NCBI GenBank assembly: GCA_977018835.1
Contig: OZ361260.1
Location: 3,162,001 to 3,226,000, forward strand
From: Minutocellus sp. GHC0000111
Taxonomy: Eukaryota
DNA: 64,000 nt
Direction of reading: 5' to 3'
This document shows positions 26,166 to 37,911 of the stretch, one piece after another (within the stretch, counting starts at the first letter, position 1; every line of letters begins with the position of its first letter). The notes under the pieces are model-generated. The model was given only the letters and a program-made list of their open reading frames with translations, did not search any database and had not been told where the DNA came from. Position numbers and translations under genes: made by a program.

Positions 26166-29100
26166 TTGGGGGTGAATGTGGAATCCGTTAATTCTGGCCC
26201 AAGCGCGAAGGTTGGCAATGGGGCGGCCGCTCCGATTACACCGGCGTGTGACACCACAGGCATTAGTGGTGGTTCCACCGGTGCTGACGGTGGCGATGGA
26301 TCTGGCGTAGTGCCAATCTATGATGCGTGTCGGTCCGGTATTGGTGGCCATCCTCAGTTGTTGAGCGTGCTGCAAGCTGGAGACATTGGTCGTGGAGTGT
26401 GTTCCAAATACTTCTCTTTCACGCAAAAGGATGGAGCATGGCGGAGCCCGGACTGTTCGACATTTATTGGTGCAACTTCCGAGGCTCCGGTGGACGTGTG
26501 TGATGGCTGTGCAACCGTATTTTCTGCTATCAGTCCTGATAAATATCCGCGGCTGTACGACGAGGTTGGCTTGGTGCTGCCATCCGCCGCCGACTTGACT
26601 GCTTCACTGGTGCGAATGCACAGCATGCAAGGAGAGGGATTTGTTGCGTCCAAGGAGGGTCAGGCAGCAATGCGTATTTTGCGGGGGCAGCCATCGGTAT
26701 TTTGCTAGCGTAAAGCTAGGAGAAAGGAGTTGGGTCAATTTTTGTCCGTCGTTCGGCGACGCTTCGTGTGGGCTGGCCTCCTTAGGTGAATTCGAGCGGG
26801 ATGGCATTTTGTGTGGTCCGTGCTCGACTGAAAGGAAAAACTTCCTCCGACGGGAGAACAGGAAGCAACTGAATCGCGCCAAGCAGGTCGGCGCCAGCAG
26901 CCGAGCTCCGATCAAGCACCTGACCCCGACGAGGCTGAAGGAGCGCCAGCAGAACCAACGGAAAGCTGCCCGCTCCACCAGGGACCGCCTGCGCTACGCC
27001 AAGACAAAGCTGGAGAGTGATGCTTGCAAAGTCGCTTTTGACCTCGAGAAGGACGGCGTCATGCTTGACCTCTTCAAGACGGCTGCTGACCACGTTGGCA
27101 GCGACCATGCTTCGGCGAGGTCAGTGCTCTTGGAGGAGCTCGCCAAGGAGGCTGTCAAGGACGCTGCCGGCGATGCAGCTGAGCTGGCTCTGGACCAGAC
27201 GGCTGCAGTCGGCGACCTGGTGGGCTTCATTTTGGGTGAGATTCAAAACTCAGCTCGCCAGCTTGCAGGGAGGCCCCGCACGGCGCGTTTTTCTCCCAGG
27301 GTGGTGCGACTTTCGCTGGGCCTCTGGATGAGGAGCCCTGCAGCCTACAAGGTCCTCCAGGACTCAGGGCTCATGGTTGTGCCATCGGCCTCCACTTTGA
27401 AGCGACTCAAGGCAAAAGTTGCTGTTTCGGACGGCCTCTGCCCTGAAGTCTTTAGCTGGCTTGGCGACGCCTTCGTCTCGAGGGAGCGCAGCAGCCACGG
27501 AGAAAAGGGTCTGGCTGGCCACTTGATGTGCGACGAGATCAAGATCAAGTCTGGCGTTGCCTGGAACACTGCCACGCACGAGGCGGTTGGACTCGTTGGC
27601 GTTGAGGGGAAGGTCGAGCTCCAAGACGACTTGCGGGCCATCCTGAGGGGCGACAAGCCTCCAGGAGGCGACAGCGACGCCAGCGCTGGCGACGCCCTTG
27701 TTGCAGGAGGGACGAGCAAGCCAGCCACCTACGTGAACCAGTGGAAGTTTCGCTCCGTCTACGGAAGGACTTTTCTCCTCAACTTCTTCTTCAACGGTGG
27801 GTCTCTCAGTGGCGACGAGCTCCTCCGGCAGCTCACGCACCAAGTCCACGGGGTTGAGCTTGCCGGCGCCAAGGTCCTGGGGGTGTGCCTGGATGCTGGA
27901 GGGGGCAACAGTCGCCTCTGCTCCCTCTTGAGAGGAGGGCAAAAGGTCGGCGACGCCGCCTGGGTTTCGGCGGAGCTGGTGACGTTTGCGAGCCCTGCCT
28001 GCCCAAGCCGAAGCGTCGCAGTGTTTTTCTGTGCGACCCACGGCCTCAAGTCACAGCGAAACGCCTTCAGCAACAGCTCAGTCACCCCTGGTGCAAAAAA
28101 GAGAACTTTTGTGACCACAGAGGGAGTGGCTTTTGGCCTGGAGAGCATCGAGAGGTGCCTGGTGCGGGACCAGAAGCGGTCCGCCAGAAAGACCAAGCTC
28201 ACGCCAGCAGCGGTTCAGCCGAACAAGTGGGAGAAGATGAGAGTGGCCCTTGCAAAGGCCGTCTTTGACCCAGACACTAGAGACGAAAATATTTTTACAT
28301 TGGAAGTGAGCTTGGCTGCTTGGACGAGCTAAGGAGCAGTGGAGAGGGTGGAGGTGAGGTTCAAGGCCAAGCCCTCGCAAGAAGAAGGATCGAGGCCCTC
28401 AAAGTCAAGCTCGCGGCCGCTGCGGAGCGCCTAGGCGACGCCAACTTTCAACAGCTACGGCAAGACCTGGCTCACGTAGAGTACAACTTTCATGTCGGGA
28501 CTATTTTTATTGAAAACTTTTTGAATGGCGAGGTCAGTGTCACCCCAGACAACATCGACGAGAAGGAGAAAGAGACTAGGTCTGCTTTGGAGTGCTTCGA
28601 GGCTTGGCGACTCGCCTCTTTGCAGCTCAAGCAACAAGGCAACCCTGCGTGGGAGCAGTCCTTTATTTCTACCACCACGTACAAAAACCTTCGGATTGGT
28701 GTTTGCGGCTTCTTTCAATACTGCCGACTCGTCTTCCTGCTACCGAACCCTCCCTCGTACGTAAAATTCCTCCATGCCAACCAGTCATCGCTTGAAGCTA
28801 CCTTCTCACACATTCGATACTTGGGCGGCGACTCTGTCCACAACTATCCGTCCGCAATAACAGCCATCAACTCTCAAGACAGCATCCAGATTATGAACGA
28901 ATCCAACCCAAACTACGAAGGCGACACCACGGAGGTAGCAGTGTCATGGAATCGTCTGGAGTCGGTGATGGGGCGCACAGACGATCGCCGAGCTCTGGTG
29001 GTAAAGTCGTGGCGAGACGAGACTGGTGGTAAAGTCGTGGCGAGACGAGAAAAAGAAGCCGGCAGAGGCATCCATCTCGATACTTCCTCCTTGCGACGAT

Positions 29101-30282
29101 GAGGATGGCGAGGGAGATCAACCGGCGGTTGGCTCCACCGAGCGCATGCGCAGTCTGTACAAAACGATGGCGACGTACAACATTGATTCCAACTTCTCTG
29201 ACTACCTGCTGGATGACGAAACATTTGAGGGAATGGCAAGAGTGAGCGTTGGAACAGAAGAAGAGAAATGTTTCAAAGCAATCGCATCGTTAGATGAGGA
29301 AGACGAAGTGCTCTTCAATTTGGCGTGCCAGCAAATGATACTCACAGCATTTACATCACTAGACAAGAGCATCATGCAGAAGTCCGGCCATAAACAGTCA
29401 TTCTGGTGGCACCAGCATGACTTCATTACTAGCAAGAAATTTCAAGATCTGCGGAAGCTGCTGCCGGCGTCTCTGTCCCAGTCTCATCTTGCCGCCGCCA
29501 TCGTGGAGCAACATCTCGCTCGGCTTTTCAGTAATTGGCTCGATGAAGCCATCATCGATACTTTCATATCGCCCAGTGATTCCAGTACCGCCGCTATCAC
29601 CACCAACGGTAACGCAAAGGCATCCATCGACCAGGACGAAGAGAATTCGGAAGTAACCAACTTCGTCGGTTGGGCCATGAAAGAAGTGCTCGATCAATAT
29701 CGTGAGAAGTGGCAAGACTCTGAAAGCTTCTTCTACGAAGAAGACAACGAAGACGAGGATGAAAATACGTGTGAGAACAGTGATCGGAAGGCAGTGCTGC
29801 ATGTGAAATCAATGAGACTGTTGCATCGCGAAGCAATAAAAGACGCAGGATACTTACAGAAATATTACGCTCCAATCGACCAGATACGAAATCGCGGTGG
29901 CCTATTCCTCCTGGCCCCCCAATATGTGCCCTTTGGAAGGATGGTAATGAAAAGAACAAGGGAATTAGTGAATGAAAAGACCATCGAAGAAGTCGGCAAA
30001 GAGGCAATCAAGGAGGCATACAAGACCATCATCAGCGACGAAGACTTGTGGGGACTATTCAACAAAGCAGAAAACGATATTGACTTACCGGAAGGCGAAA
30101 AGAAGATAATATTCACCAAGATTGTCAAGAAAGCCTTCCATGCACGCGCTGGAGAAGCGACGCGACGATACAATGAGCAGCAGATTGATAAAGCCGACAT
30201 GGCCTTGCGAGCAAAATTGAAGGCGACAAGTGGAGCAAAGAAGAAGTTAGATTTTGAGGGAGATGTTGAAAAATGCACATAA
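26166..30282 (+). pseudogene. P-element/THAP9-family transposase with three frameshifts (about 26700, about 28310, and a 28-bp tandem duplication 28995-29050)
   Basis: LMCDEIKIK, VCLDAGGGN, CATHGLKSQRNAF, KMRVALAKAVF and NQSSLEATFSHIR..GG match P-transposase core motifs. Confidence 0.85.
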
Positions 30283-30956
30283 AATAATGTACATATTCGT
30301 ATCTGTACACAAACTTAGCAAAGCAAGAAATGGAAAGCGGGTGACTCCAGCGGCAAAAGGGGCTGACAAGATACGGACGCAAGGTCCCTTGTCGGCCACA
30401 TCGGCTGCCGCCATTGTTGACCGTGCTACCATTACCAGCTGAACTCAGTATGATTCGGGAGAATGAATACATGATGCCCAGCCAAGAACCGTCCATAGAT
30501 GCCCTCACATGAATAAATTCACGAACAGAATGTTTCTCACATCTCGATGGGCAGCACGCCGGAACCGATGGGTTGATCAATACAAAAGCACCGGACCTGC
30601 CAGTTGGCGGCAAAAAGTACGACGGGAGGGGGCGGCGGCGGCAGCTCGCGCTGACGGTGGGCAAGCAATCGCCCATTTGCTTAGGCAACGACGCCGCCGG
30701 ATCGGCGTACTTGTTGCAGGCACCACGCAAGAGGGCACCTGCACGCCATGGCGGCTCGTTCCGCCGGAAGGGGGATGTGGGCGACACGACGAAGCAGCCC
30801 TTTCGGCTTATGGCGTAGTAGTATTATTTGCGCGGTGCGCGTTGAAGATGAAAGATGCGCGCTTGGGCCAGAAATTAACGTCATCCACAATCACCCCAAA
30901 AAAAGAGTGCCGAACATGGTGGAATTTTCCCCTTGCTTTCTGCCATGCGTGCACCA

Positions 30957-31152
30957 TGCTAAGAGTTCCTAAAGCTAAGCTAGATAGATATAGCTAGTAG
31001 AGGTTAATAGGACCTACGTAGATGAAAAATGGGCCATCGGAGATGTCGTTGGCCCATGGATCAACGGTCAGGAGAGGGCACTGAGTCAGTGGTCTGATCA
31101 CCGTACGTACCGTACGTATGTATACGTACGAACGTATCCCACGGTGTCAACA
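30957..31152 (-). repeat. 3' LTR
   Basis: Direct repeat of 36969-37164 with about 8 mismatches. Confidence 0.95.
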
Positions 31153-31200
31153 CACCCTCGCAGATCAATGACTAGTGCCATTGAATCTACATGTAGAGTC

Positions 31201-33186
31201 CTAATTGGAATCTACATGTAAGTAGACTGGTCGCATGTCGACATGGTAGCGGGCGGGATGGTGCTTTGTAAAATAATCGGCCAAATTTTGCGCTCCTTTC
31301 TGCCAGCACACCTGGAATTGTCGTTGCTCTGTGGTGCGATCTTGGACCCCAGCATGGAGTCTCATGTCCACAGCCTTAGACCGTCTTTGCTTGACGGTTT
31401 TATTGGCGATTCCAGATGCTGTAGAGTTGTCAACGACGATAGCAGTAGGGGGCTGCGGGTGACCCATTTCTTCTAGTGCTGCCCGGATTGGTGCTGCATC
31501 TTTCATGTTGAAAAATAATCCTCCCAACTCGGCGGCTTCAGCGGCGGAGGACATTGCATGCTTGATGACATTGGCATTGACGAGGATGGCTCCATTCATT
31601 GGTGGCATGGGATCACTTGAGTCAGGCTGGCGGTGCGGGTCCTTAGGTCGGGAGCTTAGGTAGAAGCACCCTCCGAGCTTGCTTCTTGATTTCGGGGCTG
31701 ACAAGCAGGAGGCGTCGCCATGCACGTGCACATGTGGGATCATGTCTGACTTGACGCATCGAATGACTGCGTCGGGATGGGTTGCAAGGTAATCTAGAAG
31801 CTTCTTGGCATCTTGTCGAGTGCGCTCGGTAGCTTTGGATTGTTCCGCTGAGATGCTGTTGAGCGCCGGCAAAATTGTTGAATCAGTTGCTCGACCATGG
31901 TGCAAGGAGCTGCCCACCACCTGTTGAACTTCGTTGATGCCTTTGGCGTCGAGTGGTGGTGAGTCGTCTTCCGGTTCTGGCAGCTGGGGTCCCGGGCCAT
32001 GCGTCGGACGATTCCATCGACATGGCGCATGCTCGGGCCGTGAGGGGCGGTCGTGTTGGAACTTGTGGCGCATCTCCTTGACGTAGTTAGGCATGGATGG
32101 ATCCACCCATTTGGCCTCGTAGTTCCACTCGAGTTGAATGCCACAACAAAGTCGGCCTTCCCAATCGGCAGTGGTCTTACACTTGGAGTTGAGGGCCTGA
32201 ATGAGATGGTCTGCATGCTCTTTCCCGACACACTTTGCTCCAAAATCGTCAACGGTTAGGCAAAAGGCAATTGGGCGGGTTTTGTGCCTCCAAAGGCCGG
32301 CAGCACGCTTGCAAGGGAAATAGCCATGGGGTTTGAGATGCTTGACAAGTTGATCGCAGGCTAGGCGCCCTGCCTGGGGTAATCCATGCATTCCGCCATC
32401 GATTCTGACCAATGCTCGACCATTCTTTACTTTGTCGTGGAGGTCGTAGGCTTCCATGACTTCGTCGGGGATGAGAGCTACTGGCGCCCACATCCATTCT
32501 GGCTCTGGCATGGTGCTATTGAGACAGAAGTCACTGATGTCAATTCCCATGAAACAAGCGTTGTCTGTAGAGATGACGCTGTTGAAAAGTAACTTTGCAG
32601 TCAACATTTCAGCGGTCGGGGTCGAGACTGTGCCAGGGTAATGAATTTTGTCGCCTCCTGCAGTCCATCGAACTCGATTGGGATTTGGTTTGTGGGAGCG
32701 ACAGTCGGCGACAATGCGGAGGCATGTGGCTTTTTTCCCCCGAGGCAGTTCGGACCAGTGGACGAAAGCCATTGCATTGGAGGGAATGCTAGCACTGTTT
32801 CCAACTCGGCCGTCCGTTAGCCGTCCAATTTCATCGATGTTTGCTTGAATGAATTGGTCCCTCATGTTCGTTTTGAGGAGGTCGCGGTGTTCAAGCATTG
32901 CACCAGTGTCGGGATGGACGACGGCGTTAGCAAAGTGTTGGAGGTTTGGTAAAGGCGAGAAAGCTGCCATGTTGGCCACGTGGTGGGTACTACGACGAGA
33001 TGATGGCCGTGGGGGAGGGTTCCGATGTGGAATGTGCCCTCGCTGACGGCATGATCGTCGTCGAGGTGGTTTGGCGGTCGGTCGATGGTTTGGACTTGCT
33101 TGTCGATTTTGCTGGAGCTGGTAATGTTGGAGTGGCATCGATCGTTGGAGACTTGCGTTTACGTTGCCGACGGGAGGTGGGGGCAT
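31201..33186 (-). pseudogene. Copia reverse transcriptase + RNase H
   Basis: GM(H)GLPQAG, LTVDDFG, DAS(C)LS, SSAAEA(A)ELGG, VDNSTA, NLADYFTKHH; many conserved Tyr replaced by Cys/His. Confidence 0.92.
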
Positions 33187-33419
33187 TGGAACTTTGATTG
33201 GATGTTACGACGGTTGAATCGTCGTCATGATCATCATCATCGTCGCCGTTGGGCTCGTCTGCTGCAGCCAAAGGATTGTAGTAGTTGGAAGAAACTGACG
33301 AGCGAGGTGGCGCGTTGGATCGACGTGATCGACGGCTTTTAGTGGTGGCTGCATCACATGTGGAGGATTTTGCCACCCTCGGAGGTTGCTGGGGCTGAGG
33401 TAACGGAGCGTTGGGGTTG

Positions 33420-35389
33420 GAGACAAGGTGACGGCCTACTTCAGTCTCGTTCATCTCTTCTGCGTCGTCGTCCTCGTATTTGATTTTGTAGCACTTATGC
33501 TTCTTGTCAAATGCAACGACTCTACCCTCCAAACACTTTGGCGACGATGGTGCCGAGGCGGCATCGTTGGGAGTCGTCATCGTTCTCCAGCACCCTCGGA
33601 GCTGCGGTTGTCTGCATCGTCTCATCAGAGGCGGAGGTGGCAGATTCTGCTGGGGTCACGCTGTTGAAAATCTCGGAGAGCTTTTCTAAAGCTTGACGAT
33701 GCTCGTCTCGAAGGGGAGCAAGGGGTGCCGCTGGATGTGGATTCTGTAGAGCGTGCAGGAGTTCATGAGCTGCGACTATTGCTGCATCGGCCGACGACGT
33801 TTTGGGTACCGGAATCATTTTGGGGAGCCAGACGAGTGTGTTACCAGTGCGTTCCGCCCGAGTTTCCTCAATCCAAACCTTGTAACACCGGTAGTGTTCC
33901 ATGGCTGGACCGACATAGTACCCATCAACGCCATGCGGGGACCAAGAGCCGCGTGCCGAGGGCATCTCGTGAAAGATGACCTTGCATCCGAGGGGGCCGA
34001 GAGGCGTGCGATTGAAATCAAAGCCGCCATTGAGTTGCTCGTGCGCTGATAGTCGAGGGTTGACTCGGGATGCTCTCAGGAAATTGAGGGTCATTACCGC
34101 CTGCTCCAGCAATTTATCCCACAAGATGAGGGGAAAGTCGGGATCGGCACCACAGAGAATCGCAATGAAATGATTCTTAAAGGTTCGAATGGCTCGTTCG
34201 GCCGCATTTCGGCGGTGGGAGTGCGTTGGGGTCAATTGAAAATCTACATCCTTTTCTTCCATGAACTCCTTCAGCTCTCGACTCACTTCATTGTCCAATC
34301 GTTGCAATTTTGGGCGAAATCCTCGCTTGGAGAGGTGTTCGAAAATAGTTTGGTACGCTCGGCGCATTTCCGTTCCCGATCGGCTTTTCATTGGTTCGGC
34401 CAAGATGCTGTTGGAGTCATAGTCACAGACGACCATTATGTGCTGGTGGCCAGAAATAGACGACACCAAGAAACGGCCGGGCTGATCTGAGAAGATCTGG
34501 CCCGTTATGTCATGACAATCAGCAAAGACATAGTTGGTGCGCTGTTGGTGTTGTGCCGGGTGGAGATCCTGCTCGGTTTCGTCCACCCCAGGGAGAGATT
34601 TTGGCGTAGCCATCGACCGTTTGGGCTTGGTCGACCTGATGTTCTTGCGCTGCTGGTCTAAGTGACCTTTAATCATCGGTGTCGACTGTGGCATGTGCTT
34701 ACGTACAAGCTTTGATGTGAGGCCTGGCCAAGATCTATGAAATCCCGCATCGATTGCTTTGCACCAGGTAGATAGCTGAGGACTGCCAGCGCACCAATGT
34801 AAAAAGGCTACACGTTCCGGAACCGTCTCCTGGGCAATTGCGGCATTGGCAGCATGTTGGATGACGTTGGGGCCGGGGAGCGGCGACATGGTGGGCGAGC
34901 AATTAAGATCTACCATCCACAATTTCGTTGAGGGGTCTCGTTTGCCTTGCAAAATGACGGTGTTGTCCTTGGCGATGACTACCGAATCCTTATCGAAAGT
35001 GGCAACACATCCATCGTCACACAGCTGCCCAATCGATAGGAGCGATGATGCCATATTATTGAAAATATAGGCCTTGCTAGCCGATGGGGAAACCCCAGGG
35101 AGGCGAAGCGTGGCCTCGTGGGGGTGTTCGTCATTGTGCTGTTGTCCGGAAGGGTGACGCTGATAGGAATTGCTGTCTGTTGGACGTTGAAAATAGGGCC
35201 ATCGTGCGACAGGTGTTGGGGCTTCTGGACAAAATGTCCCGTCGTTCCAGTATCTGCTGCGAGGACGATTGGCTCTTGAGTTGGAGGTTTGCTTTTTGAC
35301 GTAAGAAAAGCTAACGAAGGCGGGGAGGAGGTGGATTCAGACACACTGTCCTCTATTTTATGCTGATTAACATCCACCGTCCCTCCCGC
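33420..35389 (-). pseudogene. Copia aspartic protease, integrase and a C-terminal Tudor-like segment (frameshifted)
   Basis: LAADTGTTGHF; FSDQPGRF, RLDNE, HRRNAAERAIRTFKNHF; EGRVVAFD..YKIKYEDDDAEEM. Confidence 0.9.
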
Positions 35390-36603
35390 TCAGTTACGAC
35401 GCGAGCTACCACCGCAAGGATTGCACTTGGTGGCGTTGTCAACGTGGTTGGGCCCTTTGCAAGTGCATTCAAAGCTGGGGTGGTTGGACGAATAGCCGCA
35501 CGTGTGGCAACAATGGCCTCTGGGGAGGATCGACTGCAGTTCCCGCTTCTCCTGGCGGTTGAGGTTAGGACCTTGGCCTGGGAAGTGGCCGGCGCCGTTC
35601 TGCTGGCCACCGCCGCGGTAGCCTCCACTGCCACCAGCATGGTTGCGTCCCTCACGCAGAACGCGAATCTCGGCCTTGAGTGAAGCTATTTCTTGGCGAA
35701 GTTTGGCAATGGCATCATCCTTCTCGTTGCTCTTTTTGGCGAGGTTCGCCATCATGGCTTGGTTGGTCTTGAGGGCTTCGGTGGTGTCAGCCAAAAGGAG
35801 ATCGGCTCGAGAAAGAAATGGATCGTCCGAGGCCGATGAGGCCAAATTCGCGCCATGATATCCTGCCGCTTCGGTGGTGGTGTTGGCCGTCTTCTTATCA
35901 CACCAATCGCGGAAGTCCGACTGCATGTTGGCCCACGTGCGTTCGGCCTCCGGTCTGTCGTCCCAGTCCTTGCATGCCTTCTTTGCCAATGAGAACCTGC
36001 GCACGGAGCGGTAGAACTTGGAGACCTTCTGCTTGTTGGTGAAGGGTTCGCCGGCCGTTTCAAACGCCTTGAAGACTTTGTTGAATATGGCGATGTGGGT
36101 GTCGATGGGTCCCCCGTCGTGCTGCTTCTCGAGCTGCTTCTCTAATTCCTCCTTCTGAGTCTCGTTGAATTTCAAGTAGCGATCGGTAATGCTGTCGATG
36201 ATTTGGCGGATGGTGACTGGCTGGAAACCGAGCATGTCATCTTCGAGATGATTGATGTAGACGGCGTCGATCGAGTCGAGGAGGAGATTCTTGAGCGCCG
36301 TGTTGACTTGCTCGTACAAGTTGTAGTGGCCCTCTTTTCGATGTAACATCCCCGGATTGCACGATCGCGTTGGTCTAGATTGGCCACGGCGGGAATGGTG
36401 GGGCTGGGGCCAGGATTTGCCGGAGGCACATGTGGTCGGCCGTTACTTTTGGTGGTGTGTTCGGCATCGCTGACGACGAGGCCCAAATGGCCGAGGTTGT
36501 GGTCATTGCACCCTGCTGCTGGAATGCTGGCCGCCGCTTGTTGAAGTTCCTTGAGCGCTTTGGCAACACGCTCGCGTTGGGGAGGTTGTCCTGGGTCATT
36601 CAT
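35390..36603 (-). pseudogene. Copia gag (frameshift near 36350)
   Basis: LGHLGLVVSDAE..PPANPG at the N-terminus; C-terminal Zn knuckle CHTCGY..HPSFEC..H. Confidence 0.85.
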
Positions 36604-36968
36604 ACGTTTGATTAACTTGGTGGGGAGAATCGGCGCTGCGCCGAGAGGTTGGCCAAAAAACTGCGTCGGGATTCATGCTGGTGTTTCAGTCAGAGCGAAG
36701 ACAGGCAGCACGGCGGTGTTGCTGCGAGACGTGTGATCGACAGAAGGTTCGATCCAGAGAAGTGTGATCGATTGGATGGGTCGATCTGGTCAGGACTTTC
36801 GGGGAAGGGATTGGATCGTCGTTCCAATATTGTCGAACGAAACGGTCGTTTTGGCCGATTGAAGATGTGTCGGTTTTTCTTGCGTGACGAGTGAGAACCC
36901 AAGACAAACCGGTGAGGTGCGAACCGAAATGGGGCGAGCACGGGTGGAAAAGATGTGTCACGTAGGTC

Positions 36969-37164
36969 TGCTAAGAGGTCCTAAAGCTAAGCTAGATAGA
37001 TATAGCTAGTAGAGGTTAACAGGACCTACGTAGATGAAAAATGGGCCATCGGAGATGTCGTTGGCCCATGGATCAACGGTCAGGAGAGGGCACTGAGTCA
37101 GTGGTCTGATCACCTTACGTACCGTGCGTATGTATACGTACGTACATATCCCACGGCATCAACA
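36969..37164 (-). repeat. 5' LTR
   Basis: Direct repeat of 30957-31152. Confidence 0.95.
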
Positions 37165-37604
37165 CACCACCCTGTTATTTGTTATGTGCTCTTGGGGGGT
37201 ACCCATCTGCGCGCATGCTAGCTAGAGATATAGCTTGCTAGCATTTCCTTTGTTCCGGCACGTAGTCAAATTCGTGTGGACAGTTGCGCTACAGCAGGTG
37301 GCCCGGGTGCCCCGATGAGTTGAGTGCGAGCACAAGCACGTTGCATTGTTAAAATCTAAGCAACGGAAAGCGTTTCTGTGTGTGTGTGCATAGTGCGTAG
37401 TGGTTTAGTCAGAAGGCACATGTAGTTTCAATGCTATGGCACTTCGTGCTAGTTTTCTCTCTCAGGAAACACTGTGCGGCACCTCGTGCTACATGCAGTT
37501 CCTATTACATATTTGTAACATGCATAAACTTTTCTTCACTGGAATGTGTGATTTTTTAGAGTCTAGATCCATGTCACAAAGTTGTAGTGTGTGCATGCAT
37601 TGCA

Positions 37605-37905
37605 TGTGTTTGACGGGCTGATGCAGGATGTGTTATTTGACGGGCTGTAGGAGGGCATCGCATAGAGGGCTGATGCAGGACATGCACTATTTGATGGGCT
37701 GATGCAGGGTGTATTATTTGACGGGCTGATGCAGGATGCATTATTTGACGGGCTGATGCAGGATGTGTTATTTGATGGGCTGAAGCAGGATGTGTTGTTT
37801 GATGGGCTGATGCAGGATGCATTATTTGACAGGCTGATGATGGGCTGATGCAGGATGCATTATTTGATGGGCTGGTGCAGGATGTATTTTTTGACGGGCT
37901 GGTGC
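37605..37905. repeat. Tandem array, about 27-bp unit TTATTTGA(C/T)GGGCTGATGCAGGA(TGTG/TGCA)
   Basis: About 10 degenerate copies visible. Confidence 0.9.
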
Positions 37906-37911
37906 GGGTGG

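Larger units (their letters stand above)
30957..37164 (-). mobile_element. Full-length Ty1/copia LTR retrotransposon (diatom CoDi-like), mutated
   Basis: 196-bp LTRs TG...CA; TSD CACCA (30952-30956, 37165-37169); purine-rich tract GCGAGGGTG before the 3' LTR; domain order gag-PR-IN-RT-RH. Confidence 0.95.
26101..37194 (+). mobile_element. P-element-like DNA transposon, interrupted by a copia in its right TIR
   Basis: 8-bp TSD GGGGGTAC at 26093-26100 and 37195-37202; ends CAA...TTG; about 105-bp imperfect TIR (26101-26207 vs 30858-30956 plus 37170-37194). Confidence 0.9.
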
